From an archaeon (GTDB lineage: Archaea; Nanobdellota; Nanobdellia; Pacearchaeales; GW2011-AR1): 53,455 nucleotides of DNA. The stretch's first letter is position 1; every line of letters starts with the position of its first letter. Below are positions 43,747-51,996 of the stretch, one piece after another. The translations under genes and the position numbers were made by a program. The notes beneath the pieces are model-generated. The model saw nothing but the letters and a program-made list of their open reading frames with translations, was not told the origin of the DNA and ran no database searches. The DNA lies in the NCBI GenBank assembly GCA_030679115.1, contig JAUXTS010000009.1, forward strand, positions 1-53,455, given 5' to 3'.

Positions 43747-44196
43747 TCATATAAACAAAGCAATCAATAAAACAACATTTGCAAGCAAAGTAGCATAAAA
43801 TATTCCTTCTTCAATGGCTCCTCCAGTCCTTACCTTTCCAGTCACGCTATCGCTCAATGGCCAGAATACTCTTATCCCTTCTTCAGTAAAACTATCTACA
43901 AATAAATGAGATGCATATCCTAAAAAGAAAGGCAATGCGATTACAGGAATATAAAATGCAAAAATTAAAGATATTACTATGCAAATAGTCAAACTATGAA
44001 CAATTCCCCTGTGTTTTGTAAGAAATTGCAATGGCTTAAATATCCAATGATGCCCCAGCGTAGAATATGCGCAGTCTATATCAGGCAATAAAGTCGCAAT
44101 TAAAATTACAGGTATAAAAATTAATTTTGAAGAAACACTTGGCAAAAAGAAAAGCATTAATGCCGTACTTACTGCAAGATGTGTTTTTAGCATCAT
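43747..44196 (-). CDS. Membrane-bound metal-dependent hydrolase (YdjM/DUF457-like)
   Basis: MLKTHLAVS..., LLPDIDC, HRGIVHS, SHLFVDSFT. Confidence 0.7.
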   Translation of the reverse strand: MMLKTHLAVSTALMLFFLPSVSSKLIFIPVILIATLLPDIDCAYSTLGHHWIFKPLQFLTKHRGIVHSLTICIVISLIFAFYIPVIALPFFLGYASHLFVDSFTEEGIRVFWPLSDSVTGKVRTGGAIEEGIFYATLLANVVLLIALFI

Positions 44197-44231
44197 ATTA
44201 ATAAAATATAATTAATAATTATAAATCTTCC

Positions 44232-44630
44232 TTAATTGGGTTCAACCCTCTTCACCGCAGAAACTTTGTCAAAATGCCTATCAAAACTCATAATTTCTTT
44301 GCTTTTTGTAGATAAAGCAGATTGCAAAACAATTGCATCCTCATAATCTAAATTATACTTGCCCATTACATTCAATGCCTCTAACCTATCTCTCATACTT
44401 ACAGAATAAATTCTAATTCCTTTAGAATTTATTATCTTATTGATAAACTCTCTTATCTTTTTATTATCTCCCCCGTGATTACTCATAACCAAAATAACAG
44501 AATCAATCGTAAAATCTGAAACTACCGCGCTTACTTCCCCATTGGCAGTTTTATTCAAAAAAGTTCTGCACCTGTCGGAATTCTTCTGTTCAAGCAAAAG
44601 CTCCAAAAAAATATTAGCGTCTATTAGCAT
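44232..44630 (-). CDS. vapC: PIN-domain ribonuclease toxin (VapC-like)
   Basis: MLIDANIFLELLL..., DFTIDSV, YEDAIVLQSAL, SFDRHF. Start trimmed to the ATG at 44630. Confidence 0.75.
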   Translation of the reverse strand: MLIDANIFLELLLEQKNSDRCRTFLNKTANGEVSAVVSDFTIDSVILVMSNHGGDNKKIREFINKIINSKGIRIYSVSMRDRLEALNVMGKYNLDYEDAIVLQSALSTKSKEIMSFDRHFDKVSAVKRVEPN

Positions 44631-44892
44631 TTTTTCTCTTTGTATATTTATTAGCAACGGATTTCCAAGCTTCATGCTGTAAATCTACAGAATCTTTCTT
44701 AACGTGTTTCATACACCCTTCTAAAGAACCCCAATCTTCTGTTTGAACATCTCTGCCGACATTACTCCATTCACTTATAGCTTCTTTAGCCGCCTCGCTC
44801 ATTGAACCTTTCTTAAACCCGAATCTAATCATAGCTATCTTTCTAAATGCCCTTTCAATTTCATCAGGTAAAACTATTTTTAATTCGCCCAT
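44614..44892 (-). CDS. vapB: Antitoxin-like protein (VapB/RHH-like)
   Basis: MGELKIVLPDEIERAFRKIAMIRFGFKKGSMSEAAKEAISEW. Lies directly upstream of, and overlaps, the PIN gene. Confidence 0.6.
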   Translation of the reverse strand: MGELKIVLPDEIERAFRKIAMIRFGFKKGSMSEAAKEAISEWSNVGRDVQTEDWGSLEGCMKHVKKDSVDLQHEAWKSVANKYTKRKNANRR

Positions 44893-44922
44893 AAGTACTT
44901 ATGGGAACAACTATATTTAAAT

Positions 44923-45852
44923 CTATCCCTGCATCTCTTTAATCAGTTCATCTAAATTGACTGGTTCAATCTTGTCAAAATTCAGTTCAATAGTATTATA
45001 CAAAATATTATTTTTTACATTTCCTGTAAAAATAAACTCCTCTCCAAGAATTGAATTCTTTTTTTCCATAAATTTCTCAAGGGAAAATATTTCTTCATCT
45101 GTCAATCCAAGCATTTGGATATTTTCTCCGAATATGACTCCTCTCATTGAAGCGCTTCCATCGTCTACTACAACACTCAAAAGTGCTCTTTTCTTGCTCG
45201 TAACTTTCCCATGAATTACACACTGCCCATCAACTGCTTTCTTTCCGCATTCTGGGCAAACTTCAAAATATCTCGGCTCAAAACTCTGCACAATGAATGC
45301 CCTTAACTTTACTTTCTCTCCAATTTTTAAATCCTTGATTTTTTTCATCTCCCCGCTGCTCTCGGAAGCAATATTTTCAAACTTCTCATTGCTTAATCTC
45401 ATGTCTGAAAAAGAACTAAGATGTAATTCTCCATTCCTAACCATTGCATTTGAAATATCAACAACATCTCCTGCTTTAATCTTATCAGTTTCTATAAGAA
45501 CTATATGATTTGTATCCCATAATACTGCTCCAATGCGTCCGCTTTCGTCTGCAATTACCATCTTTCCAATCTTTCCTTCTTTTCCATTTTTATTATAACT
45601 TCTTACGGGAGAAATCTCAACTATTTTTCCTACAACATGTGCCTTCTTCATTCCCTGCGCGAGTTCAGAAATTTTTAATCTTTCTTTTTCAAAATTTATC
45701 CCTAATTCTGCAGCAACAATTTGTGCTGCGCCTTCTTTTGAAACTAAACCGGATAATTTAGCCCTCTTTGCTTCAACCTTCCTTTCTATCTCATCTTTTG
45801 AAACATTTCCAAGCCTAGCAATCTTATCAAGCAATTGATTATAATTATCCAT
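44923..45852 (-). CDS. rpa: Replication protein A-like ssDNA-binding protein (OB folds plus zinc finger)
   Basis: OB-fold segments (VVGKIVEISPVRSYNKNGKEGKIGKMVIADESGRI) and a Zn motif CPECGKKAVDGQCVIHG. Start trimmed to the ATG at 45852. Confidence 0.75.
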   Translation of the reverse strand: MDNYNQLLDKIARLGNVSKDEIERKVEAKRAKLSGLVSKEGAAQIVAAELGINFEKERLKISELAQGMKKAHVVGKIVEISPVRSYNKNGKEGKIGKMVIADESGRIGAVLWDTNHIVLIETDKIKAGDVVDISNAMVRNGELHLSSFSDMRLSNEKFENIASESSGEMKKIKDLKIGEKVKLRAFIVQSFEPRYFEVCPECGKKAVDGQCVIHGKVTSKKRALLSVVVDDGSASMRGVIFGENIQMLGLTDEEIFSLEKFMEKKNSILGEEFIFTGNVKNNILYNTIELNFDKIEPVNLDELIKEMQG

Positions 45853-45954
45853 TCTCCAACAAAATATTTTGACTTTAAAAGTATTTAGATAATTCAAACA
45901 CAACATAAACATAACACCTGTAAAGTTTAAATAGCCTATTTCTTACATTCGAAT

Positions 45955-46227
45955 ATGGCTACAGTATTGTTAATAGTAAAAATTATGCCCGATTCGCCAT
46001 CGACAGACTTAGAGGCAATCAAAAATCTTGCAAAAGTGTCTATGGAAAAAGAAAATGCACAGTCAATAACATTTGAAGAAAAGCCTATTGCCTTTGGATT
46101 AAAAGCAATATTCATGAAATTCTCGTTTCCTGAAGAAAAAGGCACAGACATTGTAGAGACAATTCTATCAAAAATTCCCCACGTATCTTCTATCACAATC
46201 GAAGATTACCGCCGAGCCTTCGGATAA
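45955..46227 (+). CDS. ef1b: Elongation factor aEF-1 beta
   Basis: MATVLLIVKIMPDSPSTDLEAIKN...EEKPIAFGLKAIFMKF...VSSITIEDYRR. Confidence 0.88.
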   Translation: MATVLLIVKIMPDSPSTDLEAIKNLAKVSMEKENAQSITFEEKPIAFGLKAIFMKFSFPEEKGTDIVETILSKIPHVSSITIEDYRRAFG

Positions 46228-46257
46228 ATTTATATATATAAATTAAATATCTTCTTT

Positions 46258-46527
46258 ATGAAATATTGGCTTAAAGGAGGATTAACATTTGGAATAGTTA
46301 GTTTATTTTTAGAGATTTTAGATTATATCTTAGCAAAAATCTATTGTCTTTCAATTGAAAACGCAGTTTGTATTTTCCCAACAAAAATTATAGAATCCCC
46401 AATAATTTTTATAAGAAATGTAGGCAATATACTTCCAAATGGAATCATTGTAAATATAATTTCAGTCATAATATTTTACTTCATATTAGGTTTATTCATA
46501 GGATTAATTTATGAAAAGATAAAATAA
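46258..46527 (+). CDS. Small membrane protein
   Basis: 89 aa with 2-3 hydrophobic segments. Confidence 0.45.
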   Translation: MKYWLKGGLTFGIVSLFLEILDYILAKIYCLSIENAVCIFPTKIIESPIIFIRNVGNILPNGIIVNIISVIIFYFILGLFIGLIYEKIK

Positions 46528-46711
46528 ATAATTCTATTTTATTCATCTAAGCTTCCAGCTATTCGTTTGTTGCATTAACTAATTTCTTTAAACCCTGTAC
46601 CTCCTTGCTAACCAACTAGTTCCCCCTCCAACTAAACGTTCCTCCTCACCAATCAATTTGCACATTAATCTCTCTCTAAAAATATAAATAACCCTCTTCT
46701 TTCCATATTCT

Positions 46712-47332
46712 ATGGCATTAACTCCTCAGCAGATAAAAGAACTTAAATCGCAATTATATAATCAGATAGCTCATCTCCCTCCCGAGCAGAAAAAAGCCGC
46801 CCAAGCCCAGATTGATTCTCTTTCTCCAGAAGCCCTTGAAGCAATGATTGAACAGCAAAAAGAAAAATCCCCTAAATCAAAAGCCCCAGAAAAACCAATT
46901 TTCAGAAAAATAATTGATAAAGAAACTCCTTCTGTTATAATAGATGAAAGCTTGAATGCTCTCGCCGTTCTTGATATATTCCCCATATCTCATGGGCATA
47001 CAATAATAATTCCAAAGAAGCCAATTCTTTCGCCTAAAGATTTGCCAACACAAACTCTCGCTCTTGCAAAAAAGATAGCGAAAAGAATTTCTTCAAAACT
47101 TAAAGCAAAATCAATTCAGATTCTTACTGAAACAAAATTCGGTGAAACTATCATAAACGTCCTTCCTTCTTATGAAAACCCTGTAGATTTAAGCGCTTCC
47201 CGTTCGCAGTCTTCTCCCGAGCATCTTGAATCAATAGCAAAAAAACTTCGCCCAATTAAGAAAAAATCTTCATCAAAACCAAAACAAGATCTCCTAACTC
47301 AAATTTTAACACTGCCAAGACGTATACCATAA
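46712..47332 (+). CDS. HIT-like domain protein lacking the histidine triad, with N-terminal extension
   Basis: IFRKIIDKETPSVIIDESLNALAVLDIFPISHGHTIIIPKKPI is HIT-like, but there is no H-x-H-x-H. The 3' end overlaps the convergent peptidase gene by 77 nt. Confidence 0.55.
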   Translation: MALTPQQIKELKSQLYNQIAHLPPEQKKAAQAQIDSLSPEALEAMIEQQKEKSPKSKAPEKPIFRKIIDKETPSVIIDESLNALAVLDIFPISHGHTIIIPKKPILSPKDLPTQTLALAKKIAKRISSKLKAKSIQILTETKFGETIINVLPSYENPVDLSASRSQSSPEHLESIAKKLRPIKKKSSSKPKQDLLTQILTLPRRIP

Positions 47333-48116
47333 TCAAATAAGATATTAAAAACGCAGGCACAAACGGCACTCCTTCTTTTATCCATACTTTCTTTCCCGCT
47401 TCTCTCAATAATTTTATATTTTCCCAGCTTAATCCATGTATGCTCTTTCTGATTAATTTTCCCCTAATTTTAACTTCTTGCTCAAGCCAATCTCCTTCAG
47501 TTAATTTCTTTGCATCAACAAGTTTAATCATGCAATTATCGACTGCTTTGACATAATCATACAAAATCACAAAAGCAAATAAAACCACAATACTCCAAAT
47601 CCAAAAAATCCAGGATTTGAAAGCCATCTGTAAAATTACTGAAACAATCACAGCTAAAATAAATAAAAATAAATTTTTATTCCATTGAATTTTAAAATTC
47701 TTCATGAAACTCCCGCGATTAGACAAAGCAATATAGCCGCTGCACAGCACAGTCCAAACTAACCCAGTCAAAAGAAATAAAATAAAGAATCCTCCGCCTA
47801 AACTAATAAATTCAGAATATCTTTCAAAAGGCAATACTGCTCCTATTCCCATTAATAATTTCGCATCTCCTCCTGCAAATACTCTTCCATAATAAAATGC
47901 AAATGCTAATCCAAAGAATATTGCAAATCCCATCAACCCATATAAAAAGAAATTCAAATCACCAACCTCAAGAGAAAAAAATGCCTTATATGCCAAAGCA
48001 AAAGCAATTAAGCTGAAATTCAGCCAGTTTGCAACTTCCCTCGTTTTCAAATCCTGTATTGTTGCAAACAAAATCCACACAAACCCAATAAAAAACAGAA
48101 AATAATGCTCCATCAT
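47256..48116 (-). CDS. A24-family prepilin/preflagellin peptidase (PibD/FlaK-like)
   Basis: Polytopic membrane protein. The first catalytic Asp context is TIQDLKTREVANWLN and the second is VFAGGDAKLLMGIG. It has a C-terminal extension with a soluble segment. Confidence 0.8.
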   Translation of the reverse strand: MMEHYFLFFIGFVWILFATIQDLKTREVANWLNFSLIAFALAYKAFFSLEVGDLNFFLYGLMGFAIFFGLAFAFYYGRVFAGGDAKLLMGIGAVLPFERYSEFISLGGGFFILFLLTGLVWTVLCSGYIALSNRGSFMKNFKIQWNKNLFLFILAVIVSVILQMAFKSWIFWIWSIVVLFAFVILYDYVKAVDNCMIKLVDAKKLTEGDWLEQEVKIRGKLIRKSIHGLSWENIKLLREAGKKVWIKEGVPFVPAFLISYLIMVYVLAVLKFELGDLVLVLMKIFS

Positions 48117-48177
48117 CTTTCCTCAAAACTATCAATGTTTATTAAACTTATTATTTCAATTATTTCAATTATTTCAA

Positions 48178-48537
48178 TTATTTTATATATTCGACATTAT
48201 CTATTTCTGCAAACTCCTTATCTCCTGTCAAAAATTTGAGTTTATTTTTTATTGCAACAACATAACCAATACAATCTACTGTAGATAATTTTTTATCTTT
48301 ATTTGCAAACTTAAAATCAGAAGCATTTATGGCATCTTCTTTTGTTATCTCGATTAAATTATAATTAAATCTCTTAATCCAATAATCAGCAGTTTGTTTA
48401 TTAAATTCTCTAACTAATGCCTGATGTAATTCAAAAAGATTTAATATTGTGCAAGTTGGAACTTCAACTTTATATTTTTCATAAGAAAAATTCCCGCGGA
48501 TTATCTCTATTAAAGCATAACTATCAAAAAAATACAT
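48178..48537 (-). CDS. vapC: PIN-domain toxin (VapC-like)
   Basis: MYFFDSYALIEIIRGN..., TVDCIGYVVA, FLTGDKEF. Confidence 0.75.
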   Translation of the reverse strand: MYFFDSYALIEIIRGNFSYEKYKVEVPTCTILNLFELHQALVREFNKQTADYWIKRFNYNLIEITKEDAINASDFKFANKDKKLSTVDCIGYVVAIKNKLKFLTGDKEFAEIDNVEYIK

Positions 48538-48538
48538 A

Positions 48539-48772
48539 TTAATCAGAGTCCTCGTTAATTTCCTTTAATATTTCTTCTGTAGTTCTTTTAAATTTTAAAT
48601 TTCTCTTTCTCGCTTCTCGTAACATATCTTCAACGCTTGTTTTTCTTTTAAATTGTATTTCTACGATAAGTTCATCGCCTTCTCTAAACTTATTATGATT
48701 AACGACTTCGGAAGGGACAATTATTCCTAAAGAATTGCCCATTCTTCTTAACTTAGTTTGTATATTTATCAT
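48539..48772 (-). CDS. vapB: AbrB/MazE/SpoVT-type antitoxin
   Basis: RRMGNSLGIIVPSEVVNHNKFREGDEL. There is a 1-nt gap to the PIN gene. Confidence 0.75.
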   Translation of the reverse strand: MINIQTKLRRMGNSLGIIVPSEVVNHNKFREGDELIVEIQFKRKTSVEDMLREARKRNLKFKRTTEEILKEINEDSD

Positions 48773-48825
48773 TGTATTACATGTATTACATAATATTTAA
48801 ATCTTTCTAAAAAGAGAAATATCAA

Positions 48826-48963
48826 TTATTTTTTCTCTTCCCTATTTCCGCTCAAAGAAACATTAGCGCTTCTGAACGCCCCGCCTCTTTTGTATTTCAT
48901 ATATCTGCCCTTAGCTCTCTTGTCTCCCTTCGTCTTTCTCCTGTCCGGACAGCAATAATCCAT
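48826..48963 (-). CDS. Small basic protein (45 aa), unassigned
   Basis: Below the track cutoff. Translation: MDYCCPDRRKTKGDKRAKGRYMKYKRGGAFRSANVSLSGNREEKK. It may be a small ribosomal-type protein, but I cannot assign a family. Confidence 0.35.
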   Translation of the reverse strand: MDYCCPDRRKTKGDKRAKGRYMKYKRGGAFRSANVSLSGNREEKK

Positions 48964-49021
48964 ATCTTAATCAAAGAAAACGCAGTTTATAATAATTGCT
49001 AAAAAATAATTAATAATTTAC

Positions 49022-49456
49022 TTAAGCTCCGAGAATGGTCTCACAAACAACGTCATTAACTTTTACTTTTTCAGGATTATAATTCTTGCCGAGTGTATCT
49101 CTTAAGGTAGTGCATACAGCAATATTATCTTCTGCATCATTACAAGCACCATTTAAAGTCTTGTCAGTTATATAATTTTTAACATTCTTATAATTACAAG
49201 TTACATACCTCGTCTCACTTCCATAATTTACAGGCTTAGGTTGTGTGCAATAATCAACTTTTCCCAAATCGCCAAGTTTAGCGCTAACTTCACATGCAAC
49301 CGCTATTTTTTGCAAATCACTAGGCAAATACTGCCCGGAAGTTGTGCTTGCATAAGTATAAACATAATAAATTCCTGCACCAATTACTACTAAAACCAAT
49401 AATGCGATAAGGAGAGTAATTAGTGTCCAACCTTCCTCTCCCTTTTTATTCACCAT
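49022..49456 (-). CDS. Type IV pilin-like protein (class III signal peptide)
   Basis: MVNKKG|EEGWTLITLLIALLVLVVIGAGIYYV, followed by a Cys-rich globular part. Confidence 0.7.
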   Translation of the reverse strand: MVNKKGEEGWTLITLLIALLVLVVIGAGIYYVYTYASTTSGQYLPSDLQKIAVACEVSAKLGDLGKVDYCTQPKPVNYGSETRYVTCNYKNVKNYITDKTLNGACNDAEDNIAVCTTLRDTLGKNYNPEKVKVNDVVCETILGA

Positions 49457-49500
49457 ATCTTATATACAAAGTTTTAATTTATAAATGTTCCTCTGATGCC

Positions 49501-49983
49501 CTAACCCAATCTATCGCTCTCAAAAACAAGCATTCCATCACTGAAAAATGCTATACGCAAGTCAAAATTCTTCTCAACGCTATTCGCCCCCCTCACAGAT
49601 TTAACATTAATATTAGGTATTTCCAATACATAATTTTCCTCTTGATTGATAATCTCAAATTCATCATTTCTTATTAATCCGAATAAATTCCCTGCAATTG
49701 ACAATCTATTGCTCTCACGCTTCAAAGCTACGCATCCAAATCTTGTTTTCAAATCTTTCTGCTGGCAATCCGCATCAATATTAATCATAATATCTTTTAT
49801 CATTATTTCAACTTCTTTTGTAATATATTTCTGGCTGAATTCTATTTCTGCATTCATTTCAGCAACTTGCTTGGAATTTGTAAAATTATTTCCAAAAGTC
49901 GCAAAAATAAATAATGAACTCAAAACGAGAGCTATCGCTGTAACAAAAAGCAATATTGTCGGCACATCTCCGCGTTTATTCAT
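49501..49983 (-). CDS. Type IV pilin-like protein
   Basis: MNKRG|DVPTILLFVTAIALVLSSLFIF. Start trimmed to the ATG at 49983. Confidence 0.7.
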   Translation of the reverse strand: MNKRGDVPTILLFVTAIALVLSSLFIFATFGNNFTNSKQVAEMNAEIEFSQKYITKEVEIMIKDIMINIDADCQQKDLKTRFGCVALKRESNRLSIAGNLFGLIRNDEFEIINQEENYVLEIPNINVKSVRGANSVEKNFDLRIAFFSDGMLVFESDRLG

Positions 49984-50635
49984 CCTTAATAACCTCGCAA
50001 TTACCATAATAATATCTAATATATTCTTCATCATTTTTTATATTGTCTCCTGTACTAAAATCAGGACTTAAAACAAATCTTGTCTCTCTTGCGCTCCCTT
50101 CAGAAGATTGTTTCAAAAATACGACTGCCGCCCCATATAAGGCATATACTTTACTTGCCTTAAGCACATTAAAACCAATATTCTCAACATTTCCATTATA
50201 AAATTTTACATATAAACCGCTAATCCCACTTACCTTTTCGTCAACAAAAAATGAACCTGACAAATCTAACAAAAGACAATTTGGTCCAGAAATAAGACTT
50301 TCTTCTTTTAATTTGGAAATCATCGCTTCAGTTAAACTCGTTCCAAAATCGTTACTAATTATCTTCCCGCCCAAAAACCACCATGGACTATATACGCTCA
50401 TTGTTCCATGTGATTTAACAAACCCATCCAGAATAGTCATCTCTTCTCCATTTACAATAACTTTCTCCAATAAAATAGAATCCTGCACTCCTGTAAATGA
50501 AGAAAATGCTTCGGGCTTTTTTATCGCCCCCATTCCTACAATTGCAAGAAAAATAGCAATAAGCAAAAATATTGCCAGCATAACTGGAAATGAAGTAATT
50601 ACTTTCCCCAACTGCCCTTTTTTATTAAAAATCAT
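49976..50635 (-). CDS. Type IV pilin-like protein
   Basis: MIFNKKG|QLGKVITSFPVMLAIFLLIAIFLAIV. 8-nt overlap with the downstream gene. Confidence 0.7.
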   Translation of the reverse strand: MIFNKKGQLGKVITSFPVMLAIFLLIAIFLAIVGMGAIKKPEAFSSFTGVQDSILLEKVIVNGEEMTILDGFVKSHGTMSVYSPWWFLGGKIISNDFGTSLTEAMISKLKEESLISGPNCLLLDLSGSFFVDEKVSGISGLYVKFYNGNVENIGFNVLKASKVYALYGAAVVFLKQSSEGSARETRFVLSPDFSTGDNIKNDEEYIRYYYGNCEVIKDE

Positions 50636-51093
50636 TCTGAAACTCTCCTTGGCATTTGTAAACTTGCAACAACAATTTCATAGCTTTTTCCTTCTTTCAC
50701 AACACTGCTTATTGTGCATTTAGGATATCCTTCTCCTTTCCCTGTAAATTTGCAAACTTCAAAATTACTCCCAACTGAAATAATTCCTGGCAGATTCCCC
50801 GAACAAACACCCTCGCAAATATTTATTTTATATCCTGCTTGTTCAAGAACTTCCTTATTCAATCCGCAGACTTCATAAAAACTATCCACAACCATTAATA
50901 TATAATTATTAGTCATGCATTCTTTTATTTTATAATTCAAAACATCTGCATCAAGCTGTCTTACTTCATATCCTGTTCCAAAAAACATGAATGTTCCTGC
51001 GACAATTCCTCCAGCTATCATCAATAACAAAAATAAAAATACGACAAGCATCAGCATACTTCCCGCTTCTCCTTTTCTATTCGTTGAGCTCAT
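50632..51093 (-). CDS. Type IV pilin-like protein
   Basis: MSSTNRKG|EAGSMLMLVVFLFLLLMIAGGIVAG. 4-nt overlaps on both sides. Confidence 0.7.
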   Translation of the reverse strand: MSSTNRKGEAGSMLMLVVFLFLLLMIAGGIVAGTFMFFGTGYEVRQLDADVLNYKIKECMTNNYILMVVDSFYEVCGLNKEVLEQAGYKINICEGVCSGNLPGIISVGSNFEVCKFTGKGEGYPKCTISSVVKEGKSYEIVVASLQMPRRVSE

Positions 51094-51518
51094 TCCACAC
51101 CTCTTTCTTTTATTTCAAAATAAAGAACATTCTGAGGAACTCCAAGTTTCAATTCATCATTCATAACCGCAACATTGTTGTAATATTTCATGCAAGTCTC
51201 TCTGCCCAAACTTAATTTCACGCAAACTTCGCTTCTTCCATTATTAAATCTGAAAATATCATTGAAATCAGTAACTTTATTGCTCTTTGCAATTTTTGTT
51301 GCTATCTGTGCATCAAAATTAATCTTATCTCCCGCTTCAGCCATATTAATCAATCTTGTAATTTCAGAAACGCAATACTGCTCGTATATCGCTGCCCCAT
51401 TGCTCTGTTGCCATACAAACATAAACATCCCTATTGTAAATATCACGACAAGAATTAAATAAATCGCATTGTCATATAATATGTCCCCAATCTGTCCTCG
51501 GTTATTCATATTATTCAT
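51090..51518 (-). CDS. Type IV pilin-like protein
   Basis: MNNMNNRG|QIGDILYDNAIYLILVVIFTIGMFMFV. Confidence 0.7.
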   Translation of the reverse strand: MNNMNNRGQIGDILYDNAIYLILVVIFTIGMFMFVWQQSNGAAIYEQYCVSEITRLINMAEAGDKINFDAQIATKIAKSNKVTDFNDIFRFNNGRSEVCVKLSLGRETCMKYYNNVAVMNDELKLGVPQNVLYFEIKERGVE

Positions 51519-51996
51519 TTTCTTTTAAAGAAATTTCTCCTTCAACTTTCTTTATAGTTACAGAATAAAAATTATCTCTTAAAAATACTATTGTATCAGC
51601 ATCAAAATTATCATCTCCTGCAATTTTTCTGCAGAAACCATTATTCTGGCATACCTTTACTTTATCTGCTTCTTGAACAGCACTCCCCTTGCAAATGCAT
51701 AAACAAATACTTAAAAAACATTTATCTGGTTTAGTAGTAATTGCTTTTCCCCATCCAGCAACAAACCACCCAGGCAATCCCCTCACCAAAGCTTCTGTGC
51801 TCTGTCCAACTTCAATAGCATTTATCTTTGCTTCTAAAACATCAATTGTATTTTTCGCCTTCTCGCTTTCCTGATTTACATATTTCTGATAAAGCATATA
51901 CGCTCCACCAAAAATTACCAATATCCCAATCACGGCAATAACTACTCCAAGAATATTATTCAGCAAATCTCCTCTTTTATTCATTCTTCGCATCAT
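51511..51996 (-). CDS. Type IV pilin-like protein
   Basis: MMRRMNKRG|DLLNNILGVVIAVIGILVIFGGAYML. Confidence 0.7.
   Translation of the reverse strand: MMRRMNKRGDLLNNILGVVIAVIGILVIFGGAYMLYQKYVNQESEKAKNTIDVLEAKINAIEVGQSTEALVRGLPGWFVAGWGKAITTKPDKCFLSICLCICKGSAVQEADKVKVCQNNGFCRKIAGDDNFDADTIVFLRDNFYSVTIKKVEGEISLKENE

Noticed and set aside
48826-48963. Assigning the 45-aa basic ORF to ribosomal protein S30e or L40e
   Set aside because: Only a vague resemblance (KTKGDKRAKGRYMKYKRG versus the S30e KKTGRAKRR-x-YNRRF region). The conserved N-terminal GSLARAGKV segment is missing, and there is no L40e zinc motif. It is kept as an unassigned small basic protein.
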